A stretch of 59,835 nucleotides of DNA, counting the filler, from Sphacelaria rigidula (Eukaryota): the NCBI GenBank assembly GCA_964200075.2. It is 7 parts of 7 records of this genome, joined end to end, with 100 filler letters (N's around TTAATTAATTAA, not from the genome) between each part and the next. Parts side by side here need not be neighbours in the genome. Positions count along the whole stretch, not along the records: positions 8,564 to 17,026 come from CAXNAA020011058.1; positions 17,127 to 25,589 come from CAXNAA020011059.1; 5 more parts are not named here. One strand, written 5' to 3'. Made by a program: the position numbers and the translations under genes. The notes beneath the pieces were generated by a model. It made no database searches and had not been told where the DNA came from. It was given only the letters and a program-made list of their open reading frames with translations. Within the stretch, counting starts at the first letter, position 1. Every line of letters starts with the position of its first letter. Below, one piece after another: positions 11,345 through 23,600 of this stretch.

Positions 11345-14245
11345 TATAACATAGTTTCATAACCGATACAGAAAATATCTAGTCTTTGGCTCAACCTCTT
11401 GGTAGAAGTCATTACCTTTACCACCCCCCGAATTCGATGGATCCCTTTCCACGCCTATCGTGGAGGACGGGGCCGGCGACCCCGTCAGATCCTTGTATAT
11501 ATTACATACTGTATTGTACAGGGTGTGGAAGTTTATCGTGTAGTATCCGTCCTTGGCGTATCGAAGTCGTGAGGTCGATAGATATTGGGAAGAGAAGCAG
11601 GTCGTGCTCAGAGCATACTCCTCAACTGATGTTTTCGGGATGATACGGAGTAAGTTCCTTGTTCATCAGGGGGTGCTATCGACCGTCACTGGTCCAACAA
11701 ACACATTTTTCGGCTCTAGCGCAATAACCAGGAAAAAAATCGAAAAATCACTCCTCTCAATTTGTTCGTGGAAACGATTGGAATGGCTTCAATCGAGCAA
11801 AAGTACTCAGGGGTCAAAACCTGGGGCTGGGTAATCCGAGGACTCCCGCTCCCCAGTCACCCCGTAGATTGTTCCATGATGAGCATAGATGTGTTTTTTG
11901 TTCGAAATGTAAAGAAAATGATGAATATCCCCCAATCACCAAACTTTGGGACCAAATGTTTGCTGGGATGAGTGGTGGCACGTGAAAACACACCGTTTAA
12001 TCCCCGATCACGAAAAAAGCACGAAAAATTGTTTCTTGAGATGTTGACTGCTGTAATCATGTAAGCGTGGAAAGGGTGGTGAGTGAATTGCGACCCTGTT
12101 AGCCGTCACGTGTGCGCACCCCCAGATGCAACGAAGAGAAGCAAAGACGAGGAAATGGAAGGATACGTTCACCATAGCATCAATGTACTAAGAAATACAG
12201 ACAACACCAACTGGAACCGAAAAAAGCGAACACCATTTAAAAATACACGTTACCTGGCTCATCACACCACACCAAACACGACATCAGACTCTTCTACTTT
12301 CACCACACACTACCGCGTTCTGTAGTTTTGTACCGTCTATAAACTGAGCCAGAAGTCCTTGAAAGCGGACAAGAGCTCTCGCGCTAAAAACAATGCTTTT
12401 TTGGTGGGATTGAGGGTAGAGCGTTGATGAAGAGTAGATTTCATCACTCGCTTCAACTCCACCAATTTGTCATTCTCTGTGTGCTTTTCCTTGCCTGCAA
12501 CACTGGCGTATGCTTACAGCTACACGTCGATATCCTACTCGGAGATATCGAAGGCTTCAGTAGCAAGCCGCTACGGGGACCGTATCGGGTGTCGTGAAGG
12601 GACATTTCGGAACTGAAACGATTGATTCATCAGTTGACCGCTTCTCACTCCCAGTCATACCCTCTCCTCTTCACTACACGAGAATACTGTTTTCATCGCG
12701 TGCAAAACAGGAGCTCCACCACGTCGCCAGCTATTTCCCCTTGCACGTTGGCGGTTTACGTCACGCACTTGATTTCCTTTCCACTTGATACTTGAAAATT
12801 CTCTGCTGAGACCCGTGATCGCATACGAGGACAAAACACGCGCGCACACTATTATGGAACAACCGCTTCCGGATCCGCTCCTTCTGATTCAAGAACATCC
12901 GCCTGAAAAACATGTATCCGGTGATTGATTGAGATGTTGCTCGAGCAGTTTCTATGGAACGTTTCAGAGAGAGAAGTAACGTCTCCGAATAGGGATTGCC
13001 CCCAGTAGATGCTTTTCGCCCCCATTTCGTTGAAGGAAACGCCTGTTATCGGAGAAATCGAAGTTTTCCGACCCAGGGGATCACCAAAACACCCCCATCA
13101 AGCATAGTGCGGCCAGCTGTGCAGACGGTACACACATGAAGATACGGCGGCTCACGTCGACAACAAACAGCTCAGTGCACGACGCAGCAACGTTACAATG
13201 CAACCCATGCCGCTGTGTAACTGTACGTCCAGAACCCATAGGTGTGACACATAGTTGTGTTCAGCATGTGCATGCGGCCCAACGGCAGCAGCATATTGCA
13301 GGGTACGTGGAGTCCTGCCGTGCGGCTGGGGCAGTTTAGTACATAGCTACGGACAACGGACAGTACAGCGGCCGCTGTTTCGCGCACCAAGTTGTCAATT
13401 TCAAGTATCACGATGGGCGGGCGTACGCGCCAATTTGTTTTCGGAGGTGTACAAAACGGTTTCGAAAACTGCTGGTCTTGGAAGACTGTCACTGGCCGAC
13501 CTTTTGCCTAGTCGTCGCATAAAAGGAAGCGGCCTTGATGAGAAGGACTTCGAAACAAATGTACACATATAACAATTTGCACATTGGGCAACACACGGTA
13601 CAATTGCCGCGGATTTTCTCTCGTGCGTTCATTGTGGGGCACCGTTTTTTAGCGGTGTCTGCACTGCCGCGGCATGACATTACGTGGTACGCATAGTGTG
13701 TTTTACGATACGGCACGATACGGCACGACATGGCAACAGAAATTCGCGATACGGTTTTGATTGCGAACGTGGCGTACAGATTTCTGTTTTCGCGGTATGG
13801 GCAGTGTTGAATTTGCATATCTGTGCATAAACCAAGGAAACGTTCATCATACTGCGGAAGACATTCCTGGCAAATAAAGCTTCGACTGGTTCGTTTTATC
13901 CTGCTTGAACTTTCACTCCAAGGCTCATCTCAGCCATCGGCCAAATACTTGTAGCGCCATTATTCATGTGTCGTGAAATCTGTGATGACGGTTCGTGCCG
14001 TTTGTGTCTGCGGCTGTTTCCGGAGGTCCGTCTTCACTCGTACATTTGTTATCTACCTGTGTTCACGCCCGTCCCTCCTTTCTCAAGGTAACAGCTTTCG
14101 TGTGCGTGTCCCCCAAAGCAGCTCAAATCATCATGTCATGATGACGATTGCTAGTCGTGAATTGATACGATGATCGATTCGTTCTTGATTTTTTACGACA
14201 TGCCTCCGTCCTCAGCGCACCCGTTTCGTCATACTAATGTCTTCC

Positions 14246-14548
14246 TTTTTTTTTCTCACACTCTCAACCCCTCGCCTTCCTCGGGATGAGTCCGTGGTCT
14301 CAAGGGATCAACCCATATCTCCCGCGGTACGTACCTTTCATTTTGGTCTCGCGGCTTGGGTCAACACTCCCGCACCGCGTCAACTCACGTCAAACAAACT
14401 CAGTCAACTACTTTGTTTACTCACGTTCTCACGCTTTCGACGGTGGAAATCATACATACGAAGAAAAAACCCAACGCATCGGGAATCGAACCCCCGGTCT
14501 CTCCACCCTAATGGCGACAGCCGGACCATCGCACCATCGGGGCGCGGC
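14246..14548 (-). mobile_element. tRNA-derived SINE
   Basis: The minus strand starts GCCGCGCCCCGATGGTGCGATGG (A-box-like), has B box GGTTCGATTCCC (~14481-14492) and ends in an A-rich tail. It does not fold as a complete tRNA. Confidence 0.7.
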
Positions 14549-16380
14549 AATCGGCGACTTTATAGGAGTCTCAACAATGGCCAAATACTGTCGAATTTGT
14601 TTTTTTCTGGTAACGGATAACATTTACCCCAGTATGTTCCTGCACCGGCAATTCTACGCACTCATCTTCGAGACACGTTTCATTGCCCTGACCGTCACTC
14701 CAGCTGTACCCCAGATATGGGAGGCACCGATAGCCTGCATTTCCCAGATGCGTGTTACCTACGAAACTCCGCTTCTAAACAATTACGGCACGCTATGGTA
14801 TCATCATCCGACGCGAGGATACCACGAGCAGGTCGTTCGTGCCTCGCGTATGCGCACAAAAAACTGTCCCCCCAGAGCGGCGTGAGTGCCGATTACACCA
14901 AGCCCCGTGCTTCTTACCTGCATCACGCGGAAGTTGGACGCACGGACTACGGCTATTCGAGTCCCTGGAGATCCACACCTCCGCACGTTCACCGCATGAC
15001 CCGTCGATAACCCCCGTCTCGTGTCTCGCCAATGGCTTGTGCCGCAGGATGTCGGTTGGTGAAAGTATGTACAAAAGTGCTTGTTGCTATATCGACGTGA
15101 CACGTGACGCATCAGAGTATTTCCAATTCCAAGCTCAACAATCCGTGAGCTCATTCGAGTTCATCCCACCCAGTGAATAAGTTTAAGGTATCAATGATGA
15201 TACGCTCCAGGCAAGAGGGACATCAGCGCTGACGCTGATGACTCACCATTTTCTGAATGGGTGCGTTTCTACGATCCTCCCTACCTCGAAGGCGTGTCTT
15301 GCTGCAGCAGGTGGTGACAATTGCGATTAATGTAGGCACAGCTGGCTGTCATCATGTCGCCTAGCTAGTGCCGTATGGCATGTGCATTAGTATGCACAAT
15401 CGCCCTGCCAGTGGCCACCGCCGCCACACCTAGCGTAACCTAGGGCCGAAGCTCTTGAGTGCAGGGCGGTGCGTGTACTGCGCCACGTTGAGGGGAATTT
15501 TAGTGGGAGCATCCCCCACACCGCCTTGAGCCACCGCTCGAGACACCTTCCCCACATTATTGCCGCGATGAGGTCTAGCCGAGCCTTCGGGTAATCGGCA
15601 CACGAACTCGCAAGCGAACGCCTGCGATCGCTTGCGGGGTAAGTGTTGGGTTGGGTTTCCTCCTTCCATCAAAGAAGAAAAAAAAAGCGTAGAGCACGCG
15701 TTGCGTACCCAGACGGGATGAGTTGGTGTCTCCCAGCAGCGTATGACAGTACGCTGCAAACGTGATGGATCGGCGTGTGCTGCCCCCCTCCACATCACTA
15801 TCCGCCTGGTGCAGGCTTTCGTCATCAATCGTTCATTTGCCGAGGAATATCCCTCAGATGAGCTGATCGTTCATCCAGCTGTGGAACCCCCGATTCGAGG
15901 AGCACAAAACAGAATGATCGCATGCCTGCCGTGTGTCACGCAAATCGGCTTGGTGGAGAAGCCATACTAGCGACCTCGACCCTGTAGATTTTGTGCATCT
16001 TCGGGCATCGACACCCCTTCCTTTGCTTGGGCCGTGCCGCCGCGCTGCGAAAACACGTACAGAGACTACGCTTTTTGCTGGAGGCCCCCCCCCCCCCCCC
16101 CCGAGGACCCCTCATTTAAAAACGTCGCTCTGTCGCCCGCCACACCCCCCCACGAATATAACATTCACTCTGGCCCACGTGCCCATATGCGACCGAGATA
16201 CCATTATGAGATTCACCTATATTTCACATGGTCACGGCCTAACGTTACCTTTGCTGGTTGATTGATGCAGGGTGCTGCTGGACTGGTCAACTAGTCCTCG
16301 TGAAGGGGTTTGTGACAGTGCGGATCGCAGCAGCAGAAGCACGAGCGGGAGACCGCGACTTTGTACCTTTTCTCGTGCAG

Positions 16381-17026
16381 TTGAAGGGGACGCCTAGCGC
16401 GTGCACCCTTACGAGTCGCACCACGAGAGCATTATATGGCATAGCGGGTAGCAGGAACGCGGAGTTCTGCACCGCACACGCTCCAGCAGGCATGGTCGAT
16501 GTGAGCAGCAAGCGGTGCAGCGAGGAGGGCTGCTCCAAATACCCATCGTTCGGTGCAGCTGGTAGCAGGAAGACGGAGTTCTGCGCCGCACACGCCCCAG
16601 CAGGCATGGTCGATGTGAGCAGCAAGCGGTGCAGCGAGGAGGGCTGCTCCAAATACCCATCATTCGGTGCAGCTGGTAGCATGAAGACGGAGTTCTGCGC
16701 CACACACGCCCGAGCGGGCATGGTCGATGTGAGCGGGAAGCGGTGCAGCGAGGAGGGCTGCTCCAAATACCCATCGTTCGGTGCAGCTGGTAGCAGGAAG
16801 ACGGAGTTCTGCGCCGCACACTCCCCAGCAGGCATGGTCGATGTCAGCAGCAAGCGGTTCGGCGAGGAGGGCTGCTCCAAATACCCATCGTTCGGTGCAG
16901 CCGGTAGCAGGAAGACGGAGTTCTGCGCCGCACACGCCCGAGCGGGCATGGTCGTGAGCAGCAAGCGGTGCAGCGAGGAGGGCTGCTCCAAACGCCCATC
17001 GTTCGGTGCGGCCGGTAGCAGGAAGG
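16381..17026 (+). CDS. EsV-1-7 domain (Cys/His zinc-finger-like) tandem repeat protein, partial exon truncated by contig end
   Basis: Five 38-aa units FCxxHxxAGMVDVSSKRCSEEGCSKYPSFGAAGSRKTE matching the EsV-1-7 pattern C-x4-C-x-K-x-P-x-F-G-x8-F-C-x2-H-x3-GM-VDV. Pyrimidine tract and CAG acceptor at 16378-16380. Confidence 0.85.
16447..17026 (+). repeat. 114-bp coding tandem repeat, ~5 near-identical units
   Basis: Units start GGTAGCA at 16447, 16561, 16675, 16789, 16903 and 17014. The fifth unit is 111 bp (in-frame 3-bp loss). Confidence 0.95.
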
Positions 17027-17126
17027 NNNNNNNNNNNNNNNNNNNNNNNNNNNNNNNNNNNNNNNNNNNNTTAATTAATTAANNNNNNNNNNNNNNNNNN
17101 NNNNNNNNNNNNNNNNNNNNNNNNNN
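17027..17126. other. Artificial contig-joining spacer
   Basis: N-TTAATTAATTAA-N, 100 nt. Confidence 0.98.
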
Positions 17127-17350
17127 TTTTATACCCCACCGTCCTTCTGCGGTGCTTGCCTTTTATTTTTCATCGCGAGAGGGGTTCAGCAGTCCCTTTC
17201 CCTCGTCGACCGTTAAATCGAATTTTGTGTACCCGCGACATAGTCGCTCTCCGCTGTTGGGCATGGTGTGAGAAAAAATCCCAGATCACTCCGAGATTTG
17301 ATCCCACGACTCGACCGTGAGAAGGTTTCGAGGTGACCAGCTGAGTCACC
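17127..17350 (-). mobile_element. tRNA-derived SINE, 5' half, truncated by contig start
   Basis: Minus-strand head GGTGACTCAGCTGGTCACCTCG (A box) ... GGGATCAAATCTC (degenerate B box). A similar head fragment CGGTCGCCCCAGTGGCTCAGTTGG occurs at 50821. Confidence 0.7.
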
Positions 17351-17784
17351 ATCTTGTCCCATGAGATCTGAGCATTTATCTACAACACGAAACCATCCTT
17401 CACACTCTCGCGGCAGCGGAAGCGGACAACATCTCGGAACAGAAATTATCGGCGTTGAATTTCAAAGAATCGAAATATATATATATTTGGCCTCAATATT
17501 CCTACTTCTTTCCAATCGACAATATCACCGCAATATCGTATGTTATTTCTTGCAGTTTCAGAGAGCCCGCGATGGCGTATCTTGTATAGTTGTCGGCCGC
17601 ACTGCGGGCGAGGCTGGCAGCAATTCAGACTTGAAAAACTGTTCCGAGAAGGCAGATTTGTTGCCCGACTTTACTCTAACTTTGACTTGCTTCTTCATTT
17701 AGATTCTGCTGCAGGAAGCAGTTTCAGCGATATCGTTGCAGCGCTCCTTCTGCACTATGTGCTACTATACTCGCTTTCAGCGAG

Positions 17785-18071
17785 TCAATCTCTGAGTATC
17801 GGTTGCACAAATCTCTTTCTGTTTCTCCGAACTTGCACAGATGCTGTCTGCACGAAGCAGCAAGTACAGGAAAGCGTGCTGAGAATCCACGCGGGAGTGG
17901 GAAGCACTTCGTCCGTTTATACTTGTAGTGTATACTATATACTTCCGAAGTACATTTTATACATCCGTGAACTACAACATGCACTAGACCATTTCATCCA
18001 CCATTGCCCACCTTTCGCGTAAACAAGAACAGCCCGATAATAGCAAAAACCACCGACGTAGACGTCCCCAT
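17785..18071 (-). CDS. Candidate two-exon 40-aa membrane microprotein, join(18071..18012,17847..17785)
   Basis: ATG-initiated MGTSTSVVFAIIGLFLFTRK, AAG|GTGGGC donor, pyrimidine-rich GTGCAG acceptor, in-phase TASVQVRRNRKRFVQPILRD*. No homology recognised. Confidence 0.35.
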
Positions 18072-18327
18072 CGCCTGATTTCCCGAAGAGCTCGGCATAC
18101 TACTGCAGTGTAGTGTACAAGGTGTACTGCTGCTACTCTCTCCTCAATTGTGCTGCCTGTGCTGTGCGGTACACATGGCACCAGACAACAACAATCTACA
18201 ATATCCAAATGTACCGCATACATTTTGTCATTCTGTTTGTCAAATGAAGCTCAAACACACGAGCCCACAGCTACCCGACCTCAGTCCAGCCGTCCGCCCT
18301 GGAAAAAATAACCGAACCAGAGTGCCG

Positions 18328-18502
18328 ATGGTGGACATGACGAGAGTTCTTGTGCTAAACCTTGTCTCCCGAGTAGAAAACAATGCTGACGATGATGATG
18401 AGGCTGGCGGCGGCGGTGGAAGTGAGGAATTTGAGATCGAGATTCCGTCACGTTTCAGTCCTGCGCGTTTGGCTCAGGCACTGCAACCCCACTGCTCTAT
18501 AG
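18328..18502 (+). CDS. Exon 1 of an unknown protein (MVDMTRVLVLNLVSRVENNADDDDEAGGGGGSEEFEIEIPSRFSPARLAQALQPHCSI)
   Basis: Protein-like ORF segment. The phase-1 donor G|GTATTG at 18503 splices in frame to the next exon. The start could be the upstream ATG at 18244. Confidence 0.65.
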
Positions 18503-19059
18503 GTATTGCATGTCTGGTCTTGTACGTGGATGTCTATCGGATTGCTAGTTTGCTGCGGGTGTGTCGTGCTTCCTCTTTATTCTCGTACGTGCTGCGGCAC
18601 GACGCAGAGCAGACAGCGTGCATGACATTCCTCAACACGTTTGTGTTTCTTCTTTCGTGCAATTTTAGTTCTACGAAAATTGAACTTTTTGGTGCCCTGC
18701 CTTCTGGCGCGGGGTTAAAAACCATCAAAATCGGTCCGCCTCTCACTTGCATACAAACCGTACAGTACAACATGTCATACCGGTTTCATTTTTCAGTCAG
18801 GGAGAATTCATGTATGTTCGACGTCAATCTAGGGTAAGCACACCGAACTGCTTACAACAACCAGTAGCACCGCGCCCAGAGTTCTTGTCTTCAATCGGCA
18901 GTACAGAAACATGCACAACAAGCAAAACTCACCGCCGTTTCCTTGCTTGTACCGCCCCCCGCCCCGCCCCCCGCCCCCGTCATACAACCTCCTTGTATGC
19001 GTCCCCATAACTGTTGTATGTGACATGATTCTTCCGTCCCCCTGTCCCCCAAAATATAG

Positions 19060-20189
19060 GCAAGAAGGGTATTTTCTCCCGCGGCGGCCTTTGGCGAGGC
19101 CCTCTATCAGCCCTCCCACAGTCCTTCCCACTCCATATGCCGCCGTCCCTGTCCGTCCTGGAGCTTATCCTGCTGCCAGAGGAAGACGACGGATCCCTCG
19201 CCTTGCCCCTGGCCAGGGCTCAGCTTAGTGTGCCTCTCTTGCCACAGCGGGCCAAGAAGCAGCAGCAAGCACGTGCTTCCGGTGCCCCAAAGCCGAGTTA
19301 CCCCGCATCGGTGTCCACTGTAACGTCACCGCTGTTGTTGGCGCCGGCTTGGGCAGTACCGCCATTTGTGGCTGCGGCGGCGACTACGCTACCCGCAACA
19401 AAAACAGTCTCTGTTGCTTCTACTTCTGGTTCTCCTGTACCCGTAATCTCGCCCACGACCGAATCACCGAAGGTCACGAACACGGGGGCCTTAACTCTGG
19501 GGGCGGCATCAGAGGGCTCTGGCGACCCTGGAGGTGCTAATAACGGCGTCCAAGAACCAATCGATGGCGGCAGCGGAGACACCAGCAAGTATGCTGGTCC
19601 CGGTGCTGCCTCGGCGGCGGATACAACAGCTGCTAGCAGCTCCAATGGGGCTGCTGCCGCTGCTACCGCTGCTGCCGCCGCCACCCCGGCAGTCATCGCC
19701 CAAAACCCGTCCGCCGAAGAAGCCACAGCAGAGAGCAGCCTTTCCCCCGCTCCCGCCGGGAACAATGTCCACAGTGCTGCTGCTAACAATAATGCTGCCG
19801 CTGTGGACGACACCGAAGCATCTCAGCTGCAGCAAAAGCCAACGGAACCAGCGCCGGAAGTAAAACACCCCGCACACGCGGAAACGACACCGGCCGCAAC
19901 GGCAGATGCTGCCCCACCATCACTTTCATGGGGACTCAAGACGGACGTGGTTGGCATTCTTGCCGAGAACAATGGAAGCTTGTGCTTGACGGAGAGGCAA
20001 CAGATGCAGCTGGCGAGAAACGCGCTTTACGCGGGAGACGCGGACCGCCTGCTGATTTGCCTCGGGCGCTTGGAGGGAGAGGCGCCCAGTAATATCGGCG
20101 GGCGGGCGAACCGGTTCGATGATCCCGTCGCCGTTGCGGAGCGAGAGCGACGGCGAAAGGAGGAAGGCGAAGGCAGGAGATCGAAGAGG
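19060..20189 (+). CDS. Exon 2 of the same unknown protein (Ala/Pro/Ser-rich low-complexity region followed by a helical/charged segment)
   Basis: TAG acceptor at 19057-19059 in the matching phase, 1130-nt GC-rich open frame, AGG|GTGAGA donor at 20190. The gene continues beyond the recognisable sequence. Confidence 0.75.
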
Positions 20190-20559
20190 GTGAGATGGGC
20201 GTGTGTATGCGATGTGTCTTTGGTGGGGTTCAATCGACTCCTTCGGCGATAAAAAATTGAATGTGTTTCGTGGTCACGCGGGTCGAACGGTTGGCTCGCG
20301 CGACACGTAAATCTGCTGTTATTTTTGTGTGATGCTGATGATGGGAGTGTCGCGTTTTTTCACGAACTAAACTTGGTGTTCAGTGTGTTGCACAAGAGTG
20401 TGATTCACCCCGAAGTGGAGCTTCCGCAGTTTTTCACTGTATTGGTTTAATCGCGTCGAAGAATTCAACACCCAGGTGTTCAGAGTTTTGGTCGATTCTC
20501 CCAGGAAATAATGGTCCCGTTATCGATACTTGTATAGATTGGTTGTTGTCCGCCGGGCC

Positions 20560-23500
20560 CTGTTTTCTGGCGTGTCTTAGACCGTGACTTGGACCGTGTC
20601 TAACAAAAAAAATGGTGTCGAACACGTGCGGTGGATCGAATTCGCTTGTATCTGGTACGCCCACGTCATTTACAAATTGGTGTCGAAAGCGTGCGGTGGA
20701 ATCGAATTCGCTCGTACCTGATGCGTCCACGGCATTGACGTTGTCGATCATCTGAGAAAATGAATGACATGGACGTACGTATCAGATACGAGCGTATTAG
20801 ATCCACCGCACTTTTTCGACACTGATATTTTGGAAGACACTGCCTCAGGATTAGCACGTCATTTTTCGATCGAAAGTGTGCGGTGGAGAGGGGAAATTCC
20901 AATCTAGTAAGTCGTGCTTTCAACTATAACATCGTCATTTATGTTGAAATCACGACGTATCAGATTGAAATTATTTTTTTCCACAAGTGCGGTGGAAAAC
21001 AAAAATTCCAATATGATAGGTCGTGACTTCAACCGTCGTCAACGTAAACTACGATAGTTGAAATTATGACCCATCAAATTGGAGTTTTCCTTTTCCACCT
21101 CATATTTTCAGTCGTGAAATATGTGCCAAGATACGCCCTCTGGCAAGTCATGTTTCATTGAGAAAAGTGCGGTGAAAAACGAAGAACAAGATCTGATGAT
21201 ATGTCGTGATTCCAGCTTGAATGACGATGGTTAAAATCGCGACCTATCAGATCGGAATTTCCTTCTTCAGCGCTCATTTTTTTGCCACCGAAAAAAGAAG
21301 TGCGGTGGAAATGTTTGGGACAAAAATTGGAATTAATTCGTCCATGTTTCGGGAGCTGGGTCCAAGCGAACTTGCGGGCTTTCGATCGAAAAAATGCTGT
21401 AAAATTGAAACGGTACCTGTTCAATTGTCTACAGTACAGGCATTTCTGTGGTGCTTGCCCTGTTCACCTACAGTGTGGCTGAGTGTGTGCGTTTCGTACA
21501 AGAGGATGAGGGAGGAAAGTAGGCCACGTGCAACAGAGACAGCGCAGGACTATTTGTATACTCCCTGCTTACAATGCGACGTGAAAGGACTTGAACAACG
21601 CGCAGCTTTGTACTGCCTGCACGGTCCATGAGGTGTACGCAAGTCGGTCGCCCACCCTGCCACGCAGTTCAGTCGCCGTTCTATGAAATATGCTCAACTT
21701 TTCGCCAACTACTGCAGTGTATATATCCCTGTGCTCAACTCGTGCTTTGTGATATGCAGGGTTGCCGTGGTTGCTGGTGATGAGTGGGGTTTGCATGGTT
21801 CTGTGAACGGGTGCTATCTGGCGTGGTGGTCTGCAGGATCGGAGTAATTTGCCCCTTCCTACCCTCCCTCCTCATGTTTTCGATCGAAAAAGCTTGGCGT
21901 AGTATATTTTTCTTTCCGTCCGGGCGCCACTAATCACAAAATAGTTGGAGCCAGCTAGGAACAGAAATGCCGTGGATCTGTCAGATCGAAGTTTATATTT
22001 TCCATCGCACTCTCTCGATCAAAAAACAATTTGCTCAAAGGGCGTGTCTCATCATAGCACCTTTTTTTTTCGATCGAGAAAGTATGGCGGAGAATAAAAA
22101 ATCCGACCAAAATAGGTCGCTATTTTAACGTCCCTGACGTGGACACAAAGGATGGCCTATCCTAACCTATCCCATCGAAAGAAATATTTCCCCCGCACTC
22201 TTTCGATCAAAGGATAATTTTGCTACAGGGCATATCTTTTTAAGAAAAGGATAAAATGAGAACCAGCGCGATCGAATTCGTCCGTTTTGCGCTGTTGCGG
22301 CCCGAGCGAATTTGCAAATTCACAGTGAGAAAAAATGCGGCGGGATTCGCCGAGTGGCCAACATGTACAATTCAGACTGCACTGCATACAGTAGGATGAA
22401 GAGAAGATTTGAACAACGTGCGGTACAGACAGTGCTGTTGTTTGTACTGTGTGCGTACAGTGAATATATGAAAAATATTTGGACAACGTGTACTTCGTAC
22501 TGTCTGTACTGTTGTCCATGAGCGTCTACTACACGATGCAGTCGCCCACCCCACAACCACGCGATACTGTCGCCGACCCCTGCCGTAGAAAATATTAAAT
22601 TTTTCGCCAGCAATGAAACAAATCATGCCAAGAGGGTGATGAGTGTTGGTTCCCGACTACTGCAATGTGTGTATTAGTAGTCACACTCTACACTTTGCAT
22701 TTTCGATTTGAAAGCGATTCGTTCGGTGTCGGTTACCACGATTCATCACGTTTACTGCTTGATCCCAAACTTTTGGAATCGAGCGGCATGAGTACATACA
22801 CGACACAGGTCGTGGAAAAATGTACTGCACGACCAATTCTGAATGAGATGAGAGCTCACCGGCATTTCGGGGTCCTGCAAGTGTACAGCCCCCGGTTCTC
22901 GCGCTTTGATATTTTTCGTTCGATCGAGCCGATCCGGGTCATCATAATGTACAATTGTATGGCTTTAGATTTCCTGTGTTCCCGATATTCATTGCGCTAC
23001 AGCCGGGAAACCGTGTTTTTGGACCATAAGCGATCAAAAACACCCCCTCGCTGAAGGGCGCTCCACTGTGTATCGTCCCGACAACACTAAATTGAGAAAT
23101 TTGTCCTGAGCACGACCTGTTTCTTTTTCCAAGTCGTGCGGACTGTCGAACTGTTGCGTTAAGGTGACAGGGCGTCTGTGAAGAAATCCCGATTGAGTGA
23201 AAACTATATGTCAAGTTTGACTGCTGCATCCCTGTGCTCAACTCGTGGTCTATCCTGCATGGTTGCGGTGGTAGCTGAGAATGAGTACTGTGGGGTCAGC
23301 ATATTTATATGAACGGGGGGTATCTAGCGTGGTGATCCCCAAGATAACTGTCAAGTCCCCCTTCGTGCCTTTCTGTTCCGCCGCATGTTTTCGATCGCAA
23401 AGCATGAGCTTTTCCATGTTTTACCTTTTGTCGCGCTCCAATGACCATGAATACAATTTAGCATCATTGAAGAACACAACTGACCTGGACCTGTCGGACC

Positions 23501-23600
23501 GGAATTTCACGAGTCCGCTGCTTTTCTCTCGATCGATAATCTTTGTACGAGACACCATGTCGTCCAGATGTCTGAAATTGTTTGGACACCTGAGCAACCC
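20560..23600 (+). repeat. Mosaic of the TTCGATCGAA / GTGCGGTGGA-motif repeat family
   Basis: Many copies of both motifs, three partial copies of the core shared with 9400-9900, a ~65-bp tandem duplication at ~20611-20730, and 20590-20760 recurring inverted at 25705-25820. Confidence 0.65.

Noticed and set aside
14470..14548. tRNA genes at the B-box matches (14481, 17290, 31796, 32047)
   Set aside because: No complete cloverleaf or acceptor stem. They continue into repeat bodies, so they are treated as SINE heads.
16447..17026. 114-bp repeats as a CRISPR or non-coding array; antisense ORFs 16287-16991 and others
   Set aside because: The units are in-frame coding repeats without unique spacers. 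The antisense ORFs are shadows of the GC-rich repeat.
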